This document shows positions 17,515 through 26,255 of a stretch of DNA of 41,847 nt, one piece after another. The notes beneath the pieces are model-generated. The model worked only from the letters and a program-made list of their open reading frames with translations. It had not been told where the DNA came from and did not search any database. The stretch is from a virus (taxonomy: Duplodnaviria; Caudoviricetes), in IMG/VR virus record IMGVR_UViG_3300025723_000076, positions 1 through 41,847 of that record; one strand, 5' to 3'. The translations under genes and the position numbers were made by a program. Position 1 is the stretch's first letter. Each line of letters opens with the position of its first letter.

Positions 17515-18711
17515 ATGTCACAAGCATTAATCGAAAGCCGTTGGGGCGAGACTAAAGATGCGTTGCTAGAGGGCTTAAACGGTTCAAAGCGCAATTCGAT
17601 GTCTGTAATCCTCGAAAACACTCGTAAGTATTTGAAAGAAAATGCTACATCGGGTTCAACTGCGTCAGGCAACATCGCTACACTTAACCGTGTGATTCTG
17701 CCAGTTATACGACGTGTAATGCCAACTGTTATTGCTAACGAGTTGGTAGGTGTACAACCAATGACTGGTCCTGTTTCACAGATCCATACATTACGTGTAC
17801 GTTATGCTCAGTCATTGACTGACAATAGTTTAGCTGCAACTTCTGTAACAGCTGGTCAAGAAGCGTTAAGCCCATTTACCATTGCTACAGCATACTCAAC
17901 AGTTCCACAAGGTACTACTACTGCTACTGGTTATACTGGTAACAATACAGCTACTATGGAAGGTACTGGCGGTAAACAAATCAGTATCCAAATCTTGAAA
18001 CAAGCTGTTGAAGCAAAGACACGTAAGTTACAAGCTCGTTGGACATTTGAAAGTGCTCAAGACGCACAAGCTATGCATGGTATCGACGTTGAAGCAGAAA
18101 TTATGGCTGCTTTAGCACAAGAAATCACAGCTGAAATTGACCAGGAAATCCTGTTGTCATTAAGCTCATTAGCTGCAACTGAGTACACATACAACCAAGC
18201 TACAGTATCTGGTACTGCTACATTCGTTGGTGACGAACACGCTGCTTTAGCTGTTCTTATCAATCGTGTTGCTAACTTGATCGCTCAGCGTACACGTCGT
18301 GGCGCTGGTAACTGGGCAGTTGTTTCAAGTGCTGCATTGACAGTATTACAATCAGCTACTACATCAGCATTTGCTCGTACAACTGAAGGTACATTTGAAG
18401 CTCCTACAAACACTAAGTTTGTTGGTACATTAAACGGTTCTTTACGTGTATTCGTAAACAGCTATGCTCCAGATACTCAATCAGTATTAGTGGGTTACAA
18501 AGGTTCGTCAGAAGCTGATGCTGCTGCGTTCTATTGCCCATACATTCCGTTGATGTCGTCAGGTGTTGTATTGGATCCATCAACATTCGAACCAGTCGTA
18601 TCATTTATGACAAGGTACGGGTTTGTGGAATTAACAAATACTGCATCTTCGTTCGGAAATGCTGCCGATTATGTGGGCGAGATAGCCGTCCAAAATTTAT
18701 CGTTCAGTTAA
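17515..18711 (+). CDS. gp23: Major capsid protein
   Basis: IRRVMPTVIANELVGVQPMTGP, EAKTRKLQARWTFESAQD, AFYCPYIPL, FMTRYG. AAGGAG SD and strong codon bias. Confidence 0.97.
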   Translation: MSQALIESRWGETKDALLEGLNGSKRNSMSVILENTRKYLKENATSGSTASGNIATLNRVILPVIRRVMPTVIANELVGVQPMTGPVSQIHTLRVRYAQSLTDNSLAATSVTAGQEALSPFTIATAYSTVPQGTTTATGYTGNNTATMEGTGGKQISIQILKQAVEAKTRKLQARWTFESAQDAQAMHGIDVEAEIMAALAQEITAEIDQEILLSLSSLAATEYTYNQATVSGTATFVGDEHAALAVLINRVANLIAQRTRRGAGNWAVVSSAALTVLQSATTSAFARTTEGTFEAPTNTKFVGTLNGSLRVFVNSYAPDTQSVLVGYKGSSEADAAAFYCPYIPLMSSGVVLDPSTFEPVVSFMTRYGFVELTNTASSFGNAADYVGEIAVQNLSFS

Positions 18712-18753
18712 TACAAACGCAATACAAACAACTCAGGGATGGGAAGTTTCAGG

Positions 18754-18776
18754 AAAGCACCGCAAGGTGCTTTTTT
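18754..18776 (+). terminator. Intrinsic terminator after gp23
   Basis: AAAGCACC-GCAA-GGTGC followed by T6. Confidence 0.85.
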
Positions 18777-18818
18777 GTTGACTTTTGTTTATAAAAATGT
18801 TAATATTGAGCTTACTAA

Positions 18819-18826
18819 CATAAATA
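18819..18826 (+). promoter_or_regulatory. Late promoter-like box CATAAATA, 5 nt before the ATG at 18832
   Basis: TAAATA core downstream of the gp23 terminator. Confidence 0.55.
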
Positions 18827-18831
18827 AACAT

Positions 18832-19635
18832 ATGAACAAATACACAAAATGGTATAACAACATCTGTAAACGAGGTCAAAATCGGATAATAGAAGGATAT
18901 ACTGAAAAACATCATATTATTCCTGAATCATTTTACTCAATTCGCAAAAGAAAAGGACCGAGTGGTTGGATAGTTGGTGATAGTGACGCTATAGAAAATA
19001 TAACTCACTTAACTGATAGAGAACATGAGTTAGCGCATTATCTATTGACGAAGATACACAAAGATAATAAACAAGCATACTTTAAAGTGCTTAAAGCATA
19101 CGAAATGCGTAGTATGGTAAACTCAAATCAAGAAGGTAAACGATATTTCTCATCTCGTAGACTCGCTGGTATACGAGCAGAACGAGCAAAATTACAAAGT
19201 GAATCAATGAAAGGAGAAGGTAATCCTAATTACGGAATTAGTTGGACTGATGAACAAAAAGAAGAGCATAGTAAAAAAATTACTGGAAGAAAACAACCTG
19301 CACATGAAAAAGAAAAACAGAAAGCGGCTTGGGCAAAAAGAAGAGATGATGGGATTAAACGAGCAGAGTATAGTGAAGAATACAAATTAGAAAGAAGTAA
19401 AATGTACACAGGCGAAGGCAATCCTCGTTATGGTGTTGAAGTATCAGAAGTAACTCGTAAAAGAATTGGTGATAAACTTCGTGGTCGTAAGCAAACAGAA
19501 GAAGAAAAGTTAGTAAGAAGTTTAGCTAACATAGGTAAAAAGCGTGAAAAGAAACTATGTCCACATTGTGATCAACATGTAGCAGTAAACGGGTACGCTC
19601 GTTGGCACGGTACTAACTGTAAACATAATAAATAA
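18832..19635 (+). CDS. Free-standing HNH homing endonuclease with NUMOD3-like repeats and C-terminal Cys/His motif
   Basis: EKHHIIP...N...LTDREHELAHYLL, GEGNPNYG and GEGNPRYG repeats, CPHC...RWHGTNCK. The track start (18739) spans the terminator, so the in-frame ATG at 18832 is preferred. Confidence 0.85.
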   Translation: MNKYTKWYNNICKRGQNRIIEGYTEKHHIIPESFYSIRKRKGPSGWIVGDSDAIENITHLTDREHELAHYLLTKIHKDNKQAYFKVLKAYEMRSMVNSNQEGKRYFSSRRLAGIRAERAKLQSESMKGEGNPNYGISWTDEQKEEHSKKITGRKQPAHEKEKQKAAWAKRRDDGIKRAEYSEEYKLERSKMYTGEGNPRYGVEVSEVTRKRIGDKLRGRKQTEEEKLVRSLANIGKKREKKLCPHCDQHVAVNGYARWHGTNCKHNK

Positions 19636-19639
19636 TCAT

Positions 19640-19795
19640 ATGGAAAATCCTCAAAAACTTACAGAATATCAAGAGAAAGAACAGCAAGCTATTCACTTAT
19701 TAAACGAGTTAAATAATCGCTCTATAGAAAGACAAAAAATATTATCTTCGTTATTAAATGAAATATTAGAAAATAATACAGATGAAAATATTTGA
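19640..19795 (+). CDS. Small hypothetical protein (51 aa, absent from the ORF track)
   Basis: MENPQKLTEYQEKEQQAIHLLNELNNRSIERQKILSSLLNEILENNTDENI*. AATAAATA box at 19627-19634. Overlaps the next ORF start. Confidence 0.5.
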   Translation: MENPQKLTEYQEKEQQAIHLLNELNNRSIERQKILSSLLNEILENNTDENI

Positions 19796-20069
19796 GATAA
19801 CTGACAAAAATTTGTTATTAATAACATTAAGGAATTATAATTTAAATTTTAAAAACGAATATGCTCTTATTTTGCGATCATATTCACTGTTTATTAAATT
19901 AAAACACTTAAACAAATTGTCTATTGTAAAAAGTCAAGCTGACGAGTTAATAAGCAACTTAGAATGGTTTATTAATTTTGATTGGCCAGACAAAACTGAC
20001 CATGATATTATCAAACTAGTAAATGAAGCCATAGATATTAAATCTAAATTAGAATCATTAACTTTTTAA
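19782..20069 (+). CDS. Hypothetical protein (95 aa)
   Basis: Very AT-rich ORF starting MKIFEI, with no recognised domain. Confidence 0.55.
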   Translation: MKIFEITDKNLLLITLRNYNLNFKNEYALILRSYSLFIKLKHLNKLSIVKSQADELISNLEWFINFDWPDKTDHDIIKLVNEAIDIKSKLESLTF

Positions 20070-20070
20070 C

Positions 20071-20155
20071 ACGCCGATGTTGGCACGGTGACCGGTGTAA
20101 ACTCAAATCTTAACCCACACTCCTGATTGCACCGCGGTTACCATTGTAAACTCAA
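20071..20155 (+). pseudogene. Degenerate copies of a homing-endonuclease 3' end
   Basis: 20081-20113 translates WHGDRCKLKS*, versus WHGTNCKHNK* at the HNH gene end. gttggcacggt is identical at 19601-19611 and 20079-20089. tgtaaactcaa occurs at 20096 and 20145. Confidence 0.6.
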
Positions 20156-20178
20156 CAAACAGCAGATCAAGATATTCC

Positions 20179-20186
20179 TATAAATA
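20179..20186 (+). promoter_or_regulatory. Late promoter TATAAATA
   Basis: Exact consensus. TAGGAG SD at 20201-20206. Confidence 0.75.
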
Positions 20187-20213
20187 TAATGACAACAAAA
20201 TAGGAGTCGCTTT

Positions 20214-21134
20214 ATGTCTTTACCAGAAATAGAAATTGGTGCAGGAATCACCATAGGTGCAGGAATTCTCATATCATCATTTGTGCCTCCACCTCAGTAT
20301 TCGGTAGACTATTTGGTAGTGGCAGGTGGCGGTGGAGGTGGTGCTAGCCGAGGAGGCAATCAAGGTGCTGGCGGCGGTGGCGCAGGTGGTGTATTATCAG
20401 GTACCATTACATTTACCAAAGGTAACATATATTCAGTATCAGTTGGTGCAGGTGGGGTAGGCGGTATTTCTAATACTGATTTTCCAACAAATGGTGATAA
20501 TTCAGCATTATCTGGTACAGACATAAGCAGTATAATTGCAATCGGTGGTGGGTATGGTGCAGATGGCACAAGAGCAGCTAATTCAGGCGGGTCAGGCGGC
20601 GGTGGATTTGGTGGTAATGGATCTAGCAGCGGTACTCCTGGACAAGGTAATTTCGGCGGCAGAAATGTGTCCAATCAGCCGTGTGGCGGTGGTGGCGCAG
20701 GAGCTGTTGGTGGTGCTGGAGACACTAGTTTAGGGCAAGGATGGTTTAATTATGGAACAGCTGGTGCAGGCGGTGCTGGAATAGCTAGTTCAATCACTGG
20801 TACTCCTGTATACTATGGCGGTGGTGGCGGTGGTGGCGGTTGTGACAACGGGTCAGTTGGTGGGGCTGGTGGGTTAGGCGGTGGCGGTATAGGTGGAAAC
20901 TTTACACATGATTCAGCTGCAACTTCAGGTGTTGCTAATACCGGCGGCGGCGGTGGTGGAGGTGAAGCAAATGGTTCATATCCAAATGGTGGTAATGGTG
21001 GTTCAGGTGTTGTCATCTTGTCTATACCAACTGTATCTTATACTGGTGTTGCATCAGGTGTGTACACAGTTTCTAGTTCAGGTACGAATACTATTTTATC
21101 ATTTACGTTGGGTTCAGGCAGTTATACTGGATAA
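20214..21134 (+). CDS. Glycine-rich domain protein, probable virion surface protein
   Basis: One copy of the DYLVVAGGGGGG...GGGGAGG...VSVGAGG...YYGGGGGG...GGSGVVIL module. Confidence 0.75.
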   Translation: MSLPEIEIGAGITIGAGILISSFVPPPQYSVDYLVVAGGGGGGASRGGNQGAGGGGAGGVLSGTITFTKGNIYSVSVGAGGVGGISNTDFPTNGDNSALSGTDISSIIAIGGGYGADGTRAANSGGSGGGGFGGNGSSSGTPGQGNFGGRNVSNQPCGGGGAGAVGGAGDTSLGQGWFNYGTAGAGGAGIASSITGTPVYYGGGGGGGGCDNGSVGGAGGLGGGGIGGNFTHDSAATSGVANTGGGGGGGEANGSYPNGGNGGSGVVILSIPTVSYTGVASGVYTVSSSGTNTILSFTLGSGSYTG

Positions 21135-21151
21135 ACGCAAAATTTGCAAAG

Positions 21152-21174
21152 AGCACACTTCGGTGTGCTTTTTT
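21152..21174 (+). terminator. Intrinsic terminator with C(UUCG)G tetraloop
   Basis: AGCACAC-TTCG-GTGTGC followed by T6. Confidence 0.88.
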
Positions 21175-21208
21175 GTTGGCTAAAATAAAAATTTAGAAAA
21201 ATACGCAA

Positions 21209-21216
21209 TATAAATA
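21209..21216 (+). promoter_or_regulatory. Late promoter TATAAATA
   Basis: Exact consensus between the terminator and the ATG at 21239. Confidence 0.7.
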
Positions 21217-21238
21217 TATCAATAAACAAAGGATTGCA

Positions 21239-21832
21239 ATGCCAAATTTAAGTGAAAAATTTTATCAAGAAACAAAAAACACAAAAACTCATCAATATAT
21301 TGAAACTGGATCATATCAAGGTGATGGTATTGCTAGGGTACTGCCTAATTATACACAAGTACACTCAATAGAATTGTCGGAAGTGTGGTATGAACATTGT
21401 GTTAATCGTTTTAAAGATTCAGATACAGTAAAAATGTATTTGGGCAATTCTAAATACATTTTACCTGATATTTTGAAAAATATCAATGAACCAGTTACAG
21501 TTTATTTAGACGGTCATTTTTCCGCTGGTACTACTGCATTTGGTGAAGAAACTCTCAATGGCGTATCGTCAAATCCATTATTAAGCGAACTATCTGTACT
21601 TATGACACGTGATTATAATGATATTATCATAATCGATGATTGTAGAATGATAGGAAAAAAAGGTAGAGAAGGTGACGGATCACCTCAATGGCCGTTTTAT
21701 GACTACGATTGGACTAATATTACTGAAGAAAAAGTTCGCGCTATTATGAAACCTGGATATGTACTGGTTAAAAATCCTGGATACAGTGACGGTGCGCCTG
21801 ATCAATGGATATTGGCATTTGATTATAACTAG
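21239..21832 (+). CDS. Class I SAM-dependent methyltransferase-like protein
   Basis: YIETGSYQGDG (motif I), HSIEL, GNS, YLDGH, IIIDD. Confidence 0.7.
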   Translation: MPNLSEKFYQETKNTKTHQYIETGSYQGDGIARVLPNYTQVHSIELSEVWYEHCVNRFKDSDTVKMYLGNSKYILPDILKNINEPVTVYLDGHFSAGTTAFGEETLNGVSSNPLLSELSVLMTRDYNDIIIIDDCRMIGKKGREGDGSPQWPFYDYDWTNITEEKVRAIMKPGYVLVKNPGYSDGAPDQWILAFDYN

Positions 21833-21852
21833 TATTAAATAAATTTATATTT

Positions 21853-21879
21853 AAAGCCCACTAAAAAGTGGGCTTTTTT
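21853..21879 (+). terminator. Intrinsic terminator
   Basis: AAAGCCCACT-AAAA-AGTGGGC followed by T6. Confidence 0.85.
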
Positions 21880-22034
21880 AATGTGCGTAGCTTTCAAAAC
21901 CCTGATATCAATAAATAAAACATATAACTATAAAGGGTTAGTTATGACACTGTCAATAATTGTATCCTTTGTTAGTAATTTGTGCCTTATATTGCATAAT
22001 TAAAAATATATAAAACTTATAAAAGGAACTAAAA

Positions 22035-25000
22035 ATGGCATCATTAAGCATAGGACCAGGGATTACAGTAGGCCCAGGCGTGGCGGTAGGCGGCGGCTCA
22101 GCTCCACCATCTCCAACTCCAGTTAATACTGTAGCTCCAGCGGTTACTGGTACATTAACTGCAGGATCAACATTAACTTCAACTACAGGTACTTGGACAA
22201 ATTCACCAAGTAGCTATACATATCAGTGGTATTATTCCACAAATACTCCAATTTCAGGTGCTACATCTTCAACTTATGTAACACAAGTAGGTGATGTTGG
22301 CGATAGCATTTATTGTCAAGTAACTGCTACTAATACATATGGTTCAGCCAGTGCTAATTCAAACACTGTTGGTCCTGTTATATCCCTAACTCCAGTTAAT
22401 ACTGTAGCTCCAGCGGTTACTGGTTCATTAACGTTAGGTGCAACATTAACTTCAACTACAGGTACTTGGACAAATTCACCAAGTAGCTATACATATCAGT
22501 GGTATTATTCCACAAATACTCCAATTTCAGGTGCTACATCTTCAACTTATGTAACACAGTCGGGTGATGTTGGCGATAGCATTTATTGTCAAGTAACTGC
22601 TACTAATACATATGGTTCAGCCAGTGCTAATTCAAACACTGTTGGTCCAGTCACTGCTGTTACTGTTACTTACTTGGCAGTTGCTGGCGGCGGTGGTGGT
22701 GGAGTTCATGCAGGCGGTGGTGGCGGTGCAGGTGGTGTACTGTCTGGTACATTTTTTGCTAACTTTGAAACAACATATAGTATCACTGTTGGTACAGGCG
22801 GAGTTGGTACTAGCGACTATACTATTTCCCCGGCAACTAACGGTGGAAATTCTACAATTTCAGGTACAGGATTGACTACTATCATTGCAATAGGCGGTGG
22901 TGCAGCAGAAAATTCATCAGGACAACCTAATATTGGTGGTTCAGGTGGTGGTGGTAATCCAAATAATTCAGGTGTCCGCGACGCACAAAACACTGGTGCA
23001 GCAGGAACAGTTGGACAAGGATATGCTGGTGGTAATGCTTCTAACAGTAATCCTAATGTTGGCCCTGGCGGTGGTGGTGGTGCAGGCGGCATCGGTGCTA
23101 GTAATGCCGGACAACGTGGTGGTGCTGTTGGTGGCCCTGGTATATCAAGTTCAATTACAGGCTCTGCTGTATACTATGGCGGCGGCGGTGGCGGTGGCGG
23201 ATACTGTGGTGGTCCTGGTGCTGCTGGTGGTATTGGCGGCGGCGGAGCTGGATCAACTGATGCAGGCGGAAACGGTCATAACGGAACTGACGGTTTAGGC
23301 GGTGGCGGTGGTGGTGCCGGAGAACAGTGTGGCGGTGGTGGTTCATTCGTTGGTGGTAATGGTGGAGCAGGTGTTGTAATTCTTTCGATACCAACTGCGT
23401 CTTACACGGCCAATATATCAGGATCAACTACAGTGACAACTTCAAGTAGCAATACAATTATTACATTTAATGGCGCAGGAACATATTCAACTACTCTTGT
23501 AGGCGCTCCAGTTAATACTGTAGCTCCTGTAGTTTCTGGTGCAATATCTGCAGGTGCAACATTAACTTCAACAACAGGTACTTGGACAAATTCACCAAGT
23601 AACTATGCGTATCAGTGGTATTATTCCACAAATACTCCAATTTCAGGTGCTACATCTTCAACTTATGTAACACAGTCAGCTGATGTAGGCAATAGCATTT
23701 ATTGTAAAGTAACTGCTACCAATCCTGGTGGATCAACCAGTGCTAATTCCAATACAGTTGGACCTATTACTCCATTTGTTCCAGCGATTCATTACTTGGT
23801 AGTAGGCGGCGGAGCATCGGGAGGTAACTACGCAGGTGGTGGCGGAGGAGCAGGCGGAGTATTAGCCGGATCTTTTACTCAATCATCTAATACAAAATAC
23901 AATATTATTGTTGGTACAGGTGGTTCTTCTGTTGGACCTTCAAATAGTCCAGTTAACGGTAATCCAGGCGGCAATAGTTCTATCAGTGCATCGGGACTAA
24001 CTACTATTACAGCCTATGGTGGCGGATACGGTGGGGGTAATGCCGGTGGTAATGGTGGATCTGGAGGAGGTGCAGGTAATCAAATAGGATTATCAGGCGG
24101 AAATGGCACAGATGGACAAGGCAATGCTGGTGGATCAGCAGGTGCATCAGGTTCCAACTCGGCAGGAGGCGGCGGTGGTGGTGCAGGAACTGCTGGTGGT
24201 GCAGGTGATAACAATTGGGTTGGAGGTATAGGCGGTGATGGAATAGCTAGTTCAATCACTGGTACTCCTGTATACTATGGCGGTGGTGGCGGTGGTGCTT
24301 CACAAAATCAAGCTGGTTCTGCCGGTGGGTTAGGCGGCGGTGGAGCAGGCAGCCAATACGGTGGAGCATTTGCTGTATCAGGTACGAACGGACTAGGTGC
24401 AGGTGGAGGCGGTACATGGAACAATTCAGGACCATCTGGTGCAGGTGGATCAGGCGTTGTAATTCTTTCAATACCAACATCTATATACACTGGTAACGTA
24501 GAAGGCAATCCAGTAATAACTACCTCAGGCAGCAACACTATTGTTAGTTTCTATGATGCTGGATCATACTCAACAACTCCAACATCATCTAATGCGATCA
24601 ACTATCTATTAGTTGGCGGCGGTGGATCAGGTGGTTGGGAAAATTATCGGTCAGGAACTGGCGGCGGCGGCGGAGCAGGTGGTGTTGTCGTTGGACAATT
24701 TACCCCAATATCAAATGTAACTTATAGTATAACTATTGGTGCCGGCGGGGCAGCACAAACATTGCAAACTGTTGGTAATAATGGCGGTAATACTACTCTA
24801 AGTGGATCAAATATTACTACTATCACTGCTATAGGTGGCGGTGGCGGTGGTGGCGGGACTAATGGCGGCCAATCAAATTCAGGCGGATCGGGCGGCGGAG
24901 CATGTAATAATATTAATACTACAGGTTCATCCGGAATTCCAAGTCAGGGTAATGCTGGTGGTAATAGCTATCCTAATAATTCAGCAGGTGGTGGTGGCGG

Positions 25001-26207
25001 AGCAGGCGGAGTTGGCGCAGACGGTACTATTTCTAACGGTGGTAACGGCGGCACTGGGTTCACATGGAGCGTGACTGGCAACACATACGCTGGTGGTGGT
25101 GGTGGCGGATCTCGGTCAACACCAGGAACAGGCAGTGCTGGTGGTGGTAATGGAGGTATATATAATGGATTAGCAGCAACGTCAGCCGCAGCCAATACCG
25201 GAAGTGGTGGCGGTGGCGGCAATGATCTCAATCCATCTGGTGCGGGTGGGTCAGGTATTGCCGTGCTAGTTATTCCAACTGCATCATTTGTTGATAATTT
25301 AACTGGTGCTTATAGTGTTACGACTTCAGGTAGTAATACAATTGTAACCTTTACTGGCAATGGTACATATACGACAGCTCCAATTCCTGCTAATGCAATT
25401 CATTACTTGGCAGTTGCTGGCGGTGGATCAGGTGGTTGGGAAAATTATCAGTCAGGAACTGGCGGCGGCGGCGGAGCAGGTGGTGTTGTAGCCAGTTATT
25501 TTGCTCCTACTACAGGCGCAACATATACAATTACAGTCGGTGCCGGTGGCGCTGCGGTTACTGGAGCAAGTGTTGGTAATAATGGTGGTAACAGTACTAT
25601 TACTGGTACAGACGCAACTTCAATTACCGCTATTGGCGGTGGTGGTGGTGGCGGTAATTATAGCGGTGCTGCTGCGTCTAATTCAGGCGGTTCTGGTGGC
25701 GGTGCATGTAATGCGTCAAACCTTACTGGATCGGCTGGCACTACAGGACAAGGCAATGCTGGTGGTAATGCCAACTGGACTGGTAACTCAACAACTTCAG
25801 CAGGTGGCGGCGGCGGAGCAGGTGGTGCTGGTGTAAATGGTACTAATAGTCAGGGTGGTAATGGTGGTCCTGGTATATCAAGTTCAATCACAGGCTCTGC
25901 TGTATACTATGGTGGTGGTGGTGGTGGTGCTTCATATGGTGCTGCTGGTGCAGGTGGTATCGGTGGTGGTGGTGCAAGTGGAATTACTCCAGGTGTACCA
26001 GCTACTAGCGGAACTGCAAACACTGGCGGCGGCGGCGGTGGTAGTGATGACAGAAGTGCATCAGGTGCAGGTGGTTCGGGTATTGTTATTTTCTCAATCC
26101 CAACATCTACTTACACTGGAAACTTAACTGGTACATACTCTACTGCGGTAGTTGGCAGCAATACTGTAGTATCGTTTACTAGTGGAGTAAGCACTTATAC
26201 TGCATAA
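22035..26207 (+). CDS. Large modular virion protein: three Ig-like repeats plus four glycine-rich domains
   Basis: PVNTVAP.V.G...TGTWTNSPS.Y.YQWY...IYC.VTATN occurs three times. YL(A/L/V)V.GGG...GG(S/A)G.(V/A)(I/V) occurs four times. AAGGA SD and AATAAATA box at 21910-21917. Confidence 0.8.
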   Translation: MASLSIGPGITVGPGVAVGGGSAPPSPTPVNTVAPAVTGTLTAGSTLTSTTGTWTNSPSSYTYQWYYSTNTPISGATSSTYVTQVGDVGDSIYCQVTATNTYGSASANSNTVGPVISLTPVNTVAPAVTGSLTLGATLTSTTGTWTNSPSSYTYQWYYSTNTPISGATSSTYVTQSGDVGDSIYCQVTATNTYGSASANSNTVGPVTAVTVTYLAVAGGGGGGVHAGGGGGAGGVLSGTFFANFETTYSITVGTGGVGTSDYTISPATNGGNSTISGTGLTTIIAIGGGAAENSSGQPNIGGSGGGGNPNNSGVRDAQNTGAAGTVGQGYAGGNASNSNPNVGPGGGGGAGGIGASNAGQRGGAVGGPGISSSITGSAVYYGGGGGGGGYCGGPGAAGGIGGGGAGSTDAGGNGHNGTDGLGGGGGGAGEQCGGGGSFVGGNGGAGVVILSIPTASYTANISGSTTVTTSSSNTIITFNGAGTYSTTLVGAPVNTVAPVVSGAISAGATLTSTTGTWTNSPSNYAYQWYYSTNTPISGATSSTYVTQSADVGNSIYCKVTATNPGGSTSANSNTVGPITPFVPAIHYLVVGGGASGGNYAGGGGGAGGVLAGSFTQSSNTKYNIIVGTGGSSVGPSNSPVNGNPGGNSSISASGLTTITAYGGGYGGGNAGGNGGSGGGAGNQIGLSGGNGTDGQGNAGGSAGASGSNSAGGGGGGAGTAGGAGDNNWVGGIGGDGIASSITGTPVYYGGGGGGASQNQAGSAGGLGGGGAGSQYGGAFAVSGTNGLGAGGGGTWNNSGPSGAGGSGVVILSIPTSIYTGNVEGNPVITTSGSNTIVSFYDAGSYSTTPTSSNAINYLLVGGGGSGGWENYRSGTGGGGGAGGVVVGQFTPISNVTYSITIGAGGAAQTLQTVGNNGGNTTLSGSNITTITAIGGGGGGGGTNGGQSNSGGSGGGACNNINTTGSSGIPSQGNAGGNSYPNNSAGGGGGAGGVGADGTISNGGNGGTGFTWSVTGNTYAGGGGGGSRSTPGTGSAGGGNGGIYNGLAATSAAANTGSGGGGGNDLNPSGAGGSGIAVLVIPTASFVDNLTGAYSVTTSGSNTIVTFTGNGTYTTAPIPANAIHYLAVAGGGSGGWENYQSGTGGGGGAGGVVASYFAPTTGATYTITVGAGGAAVTGASVGNNGGNSTITGTDATSITAIGGGGGGGNYSGAAASNSGGSGGGACNASNLTGSAGTTGQGNAGGNANWTGNSTTSAGGGGGAGGAGVNGTNSQGGNGGPGISSSITGSAVYYGGGGGGASYGAAGAGGIGGGGASGITPGVPATSGTANTGGGGGGSDDRSASGAGGSGIVIFSIPTSTYTGNLTGTYSTAVVGSNTVVSFTSGVSTYTA
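22115..22648 (+). repeat. Near-identical 273-bp tandem repeat (91-aa Ig-like unit), third copy at about 23506-23765
   Basis: aactccagttaatactgtagctccagcggttactggt begins at 22115 and 22388, with long identical runs. Confidence 0.92.
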
Positions 26208-26221
26208 TATATTATGCACAT

Positions 26222-26253
26222 AATAAAAAAGCACCGCAAGGTGCTTTTTTATT
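26222..26253. terminator. Bidirectional intrinsic terminator between convergent genes
   Basis: AATAAAAAAGCACC-GCAA-GGTGCTTTTTTATT, a perfect 14-bp stem with the same core as the gp23 terminator. Confidence 0.9.
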
Positions 26254-26255
26254 GA

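Noticed and set aside
2104-18711. Stop-codon reassignment
   Set aside because: Core genes are full length in the standard code and end in TAA, TAG (gp55) or TGA (gp47, gp46).
18739-18831. ORF-track N-terminal extension of the HNH endonuclease
   Set aside because: It runs through the gp23 terminator and the late box, so the ATG at 18832 fits better.
18832-19635. Intron- or intein-encoded endonuclease within gp23
   Set aside because: gp23 ends with a complete C-terminus, stop codon and terminator before the endonuclease, so the endonuclease is free-standing.
22115-26100. Diversity-generating retroelement template/variable repeat pair
   Set aside because: There is no reverse transcriptase in the window, all copies are in-frame coding modules, and the differences are not adenine-specific.
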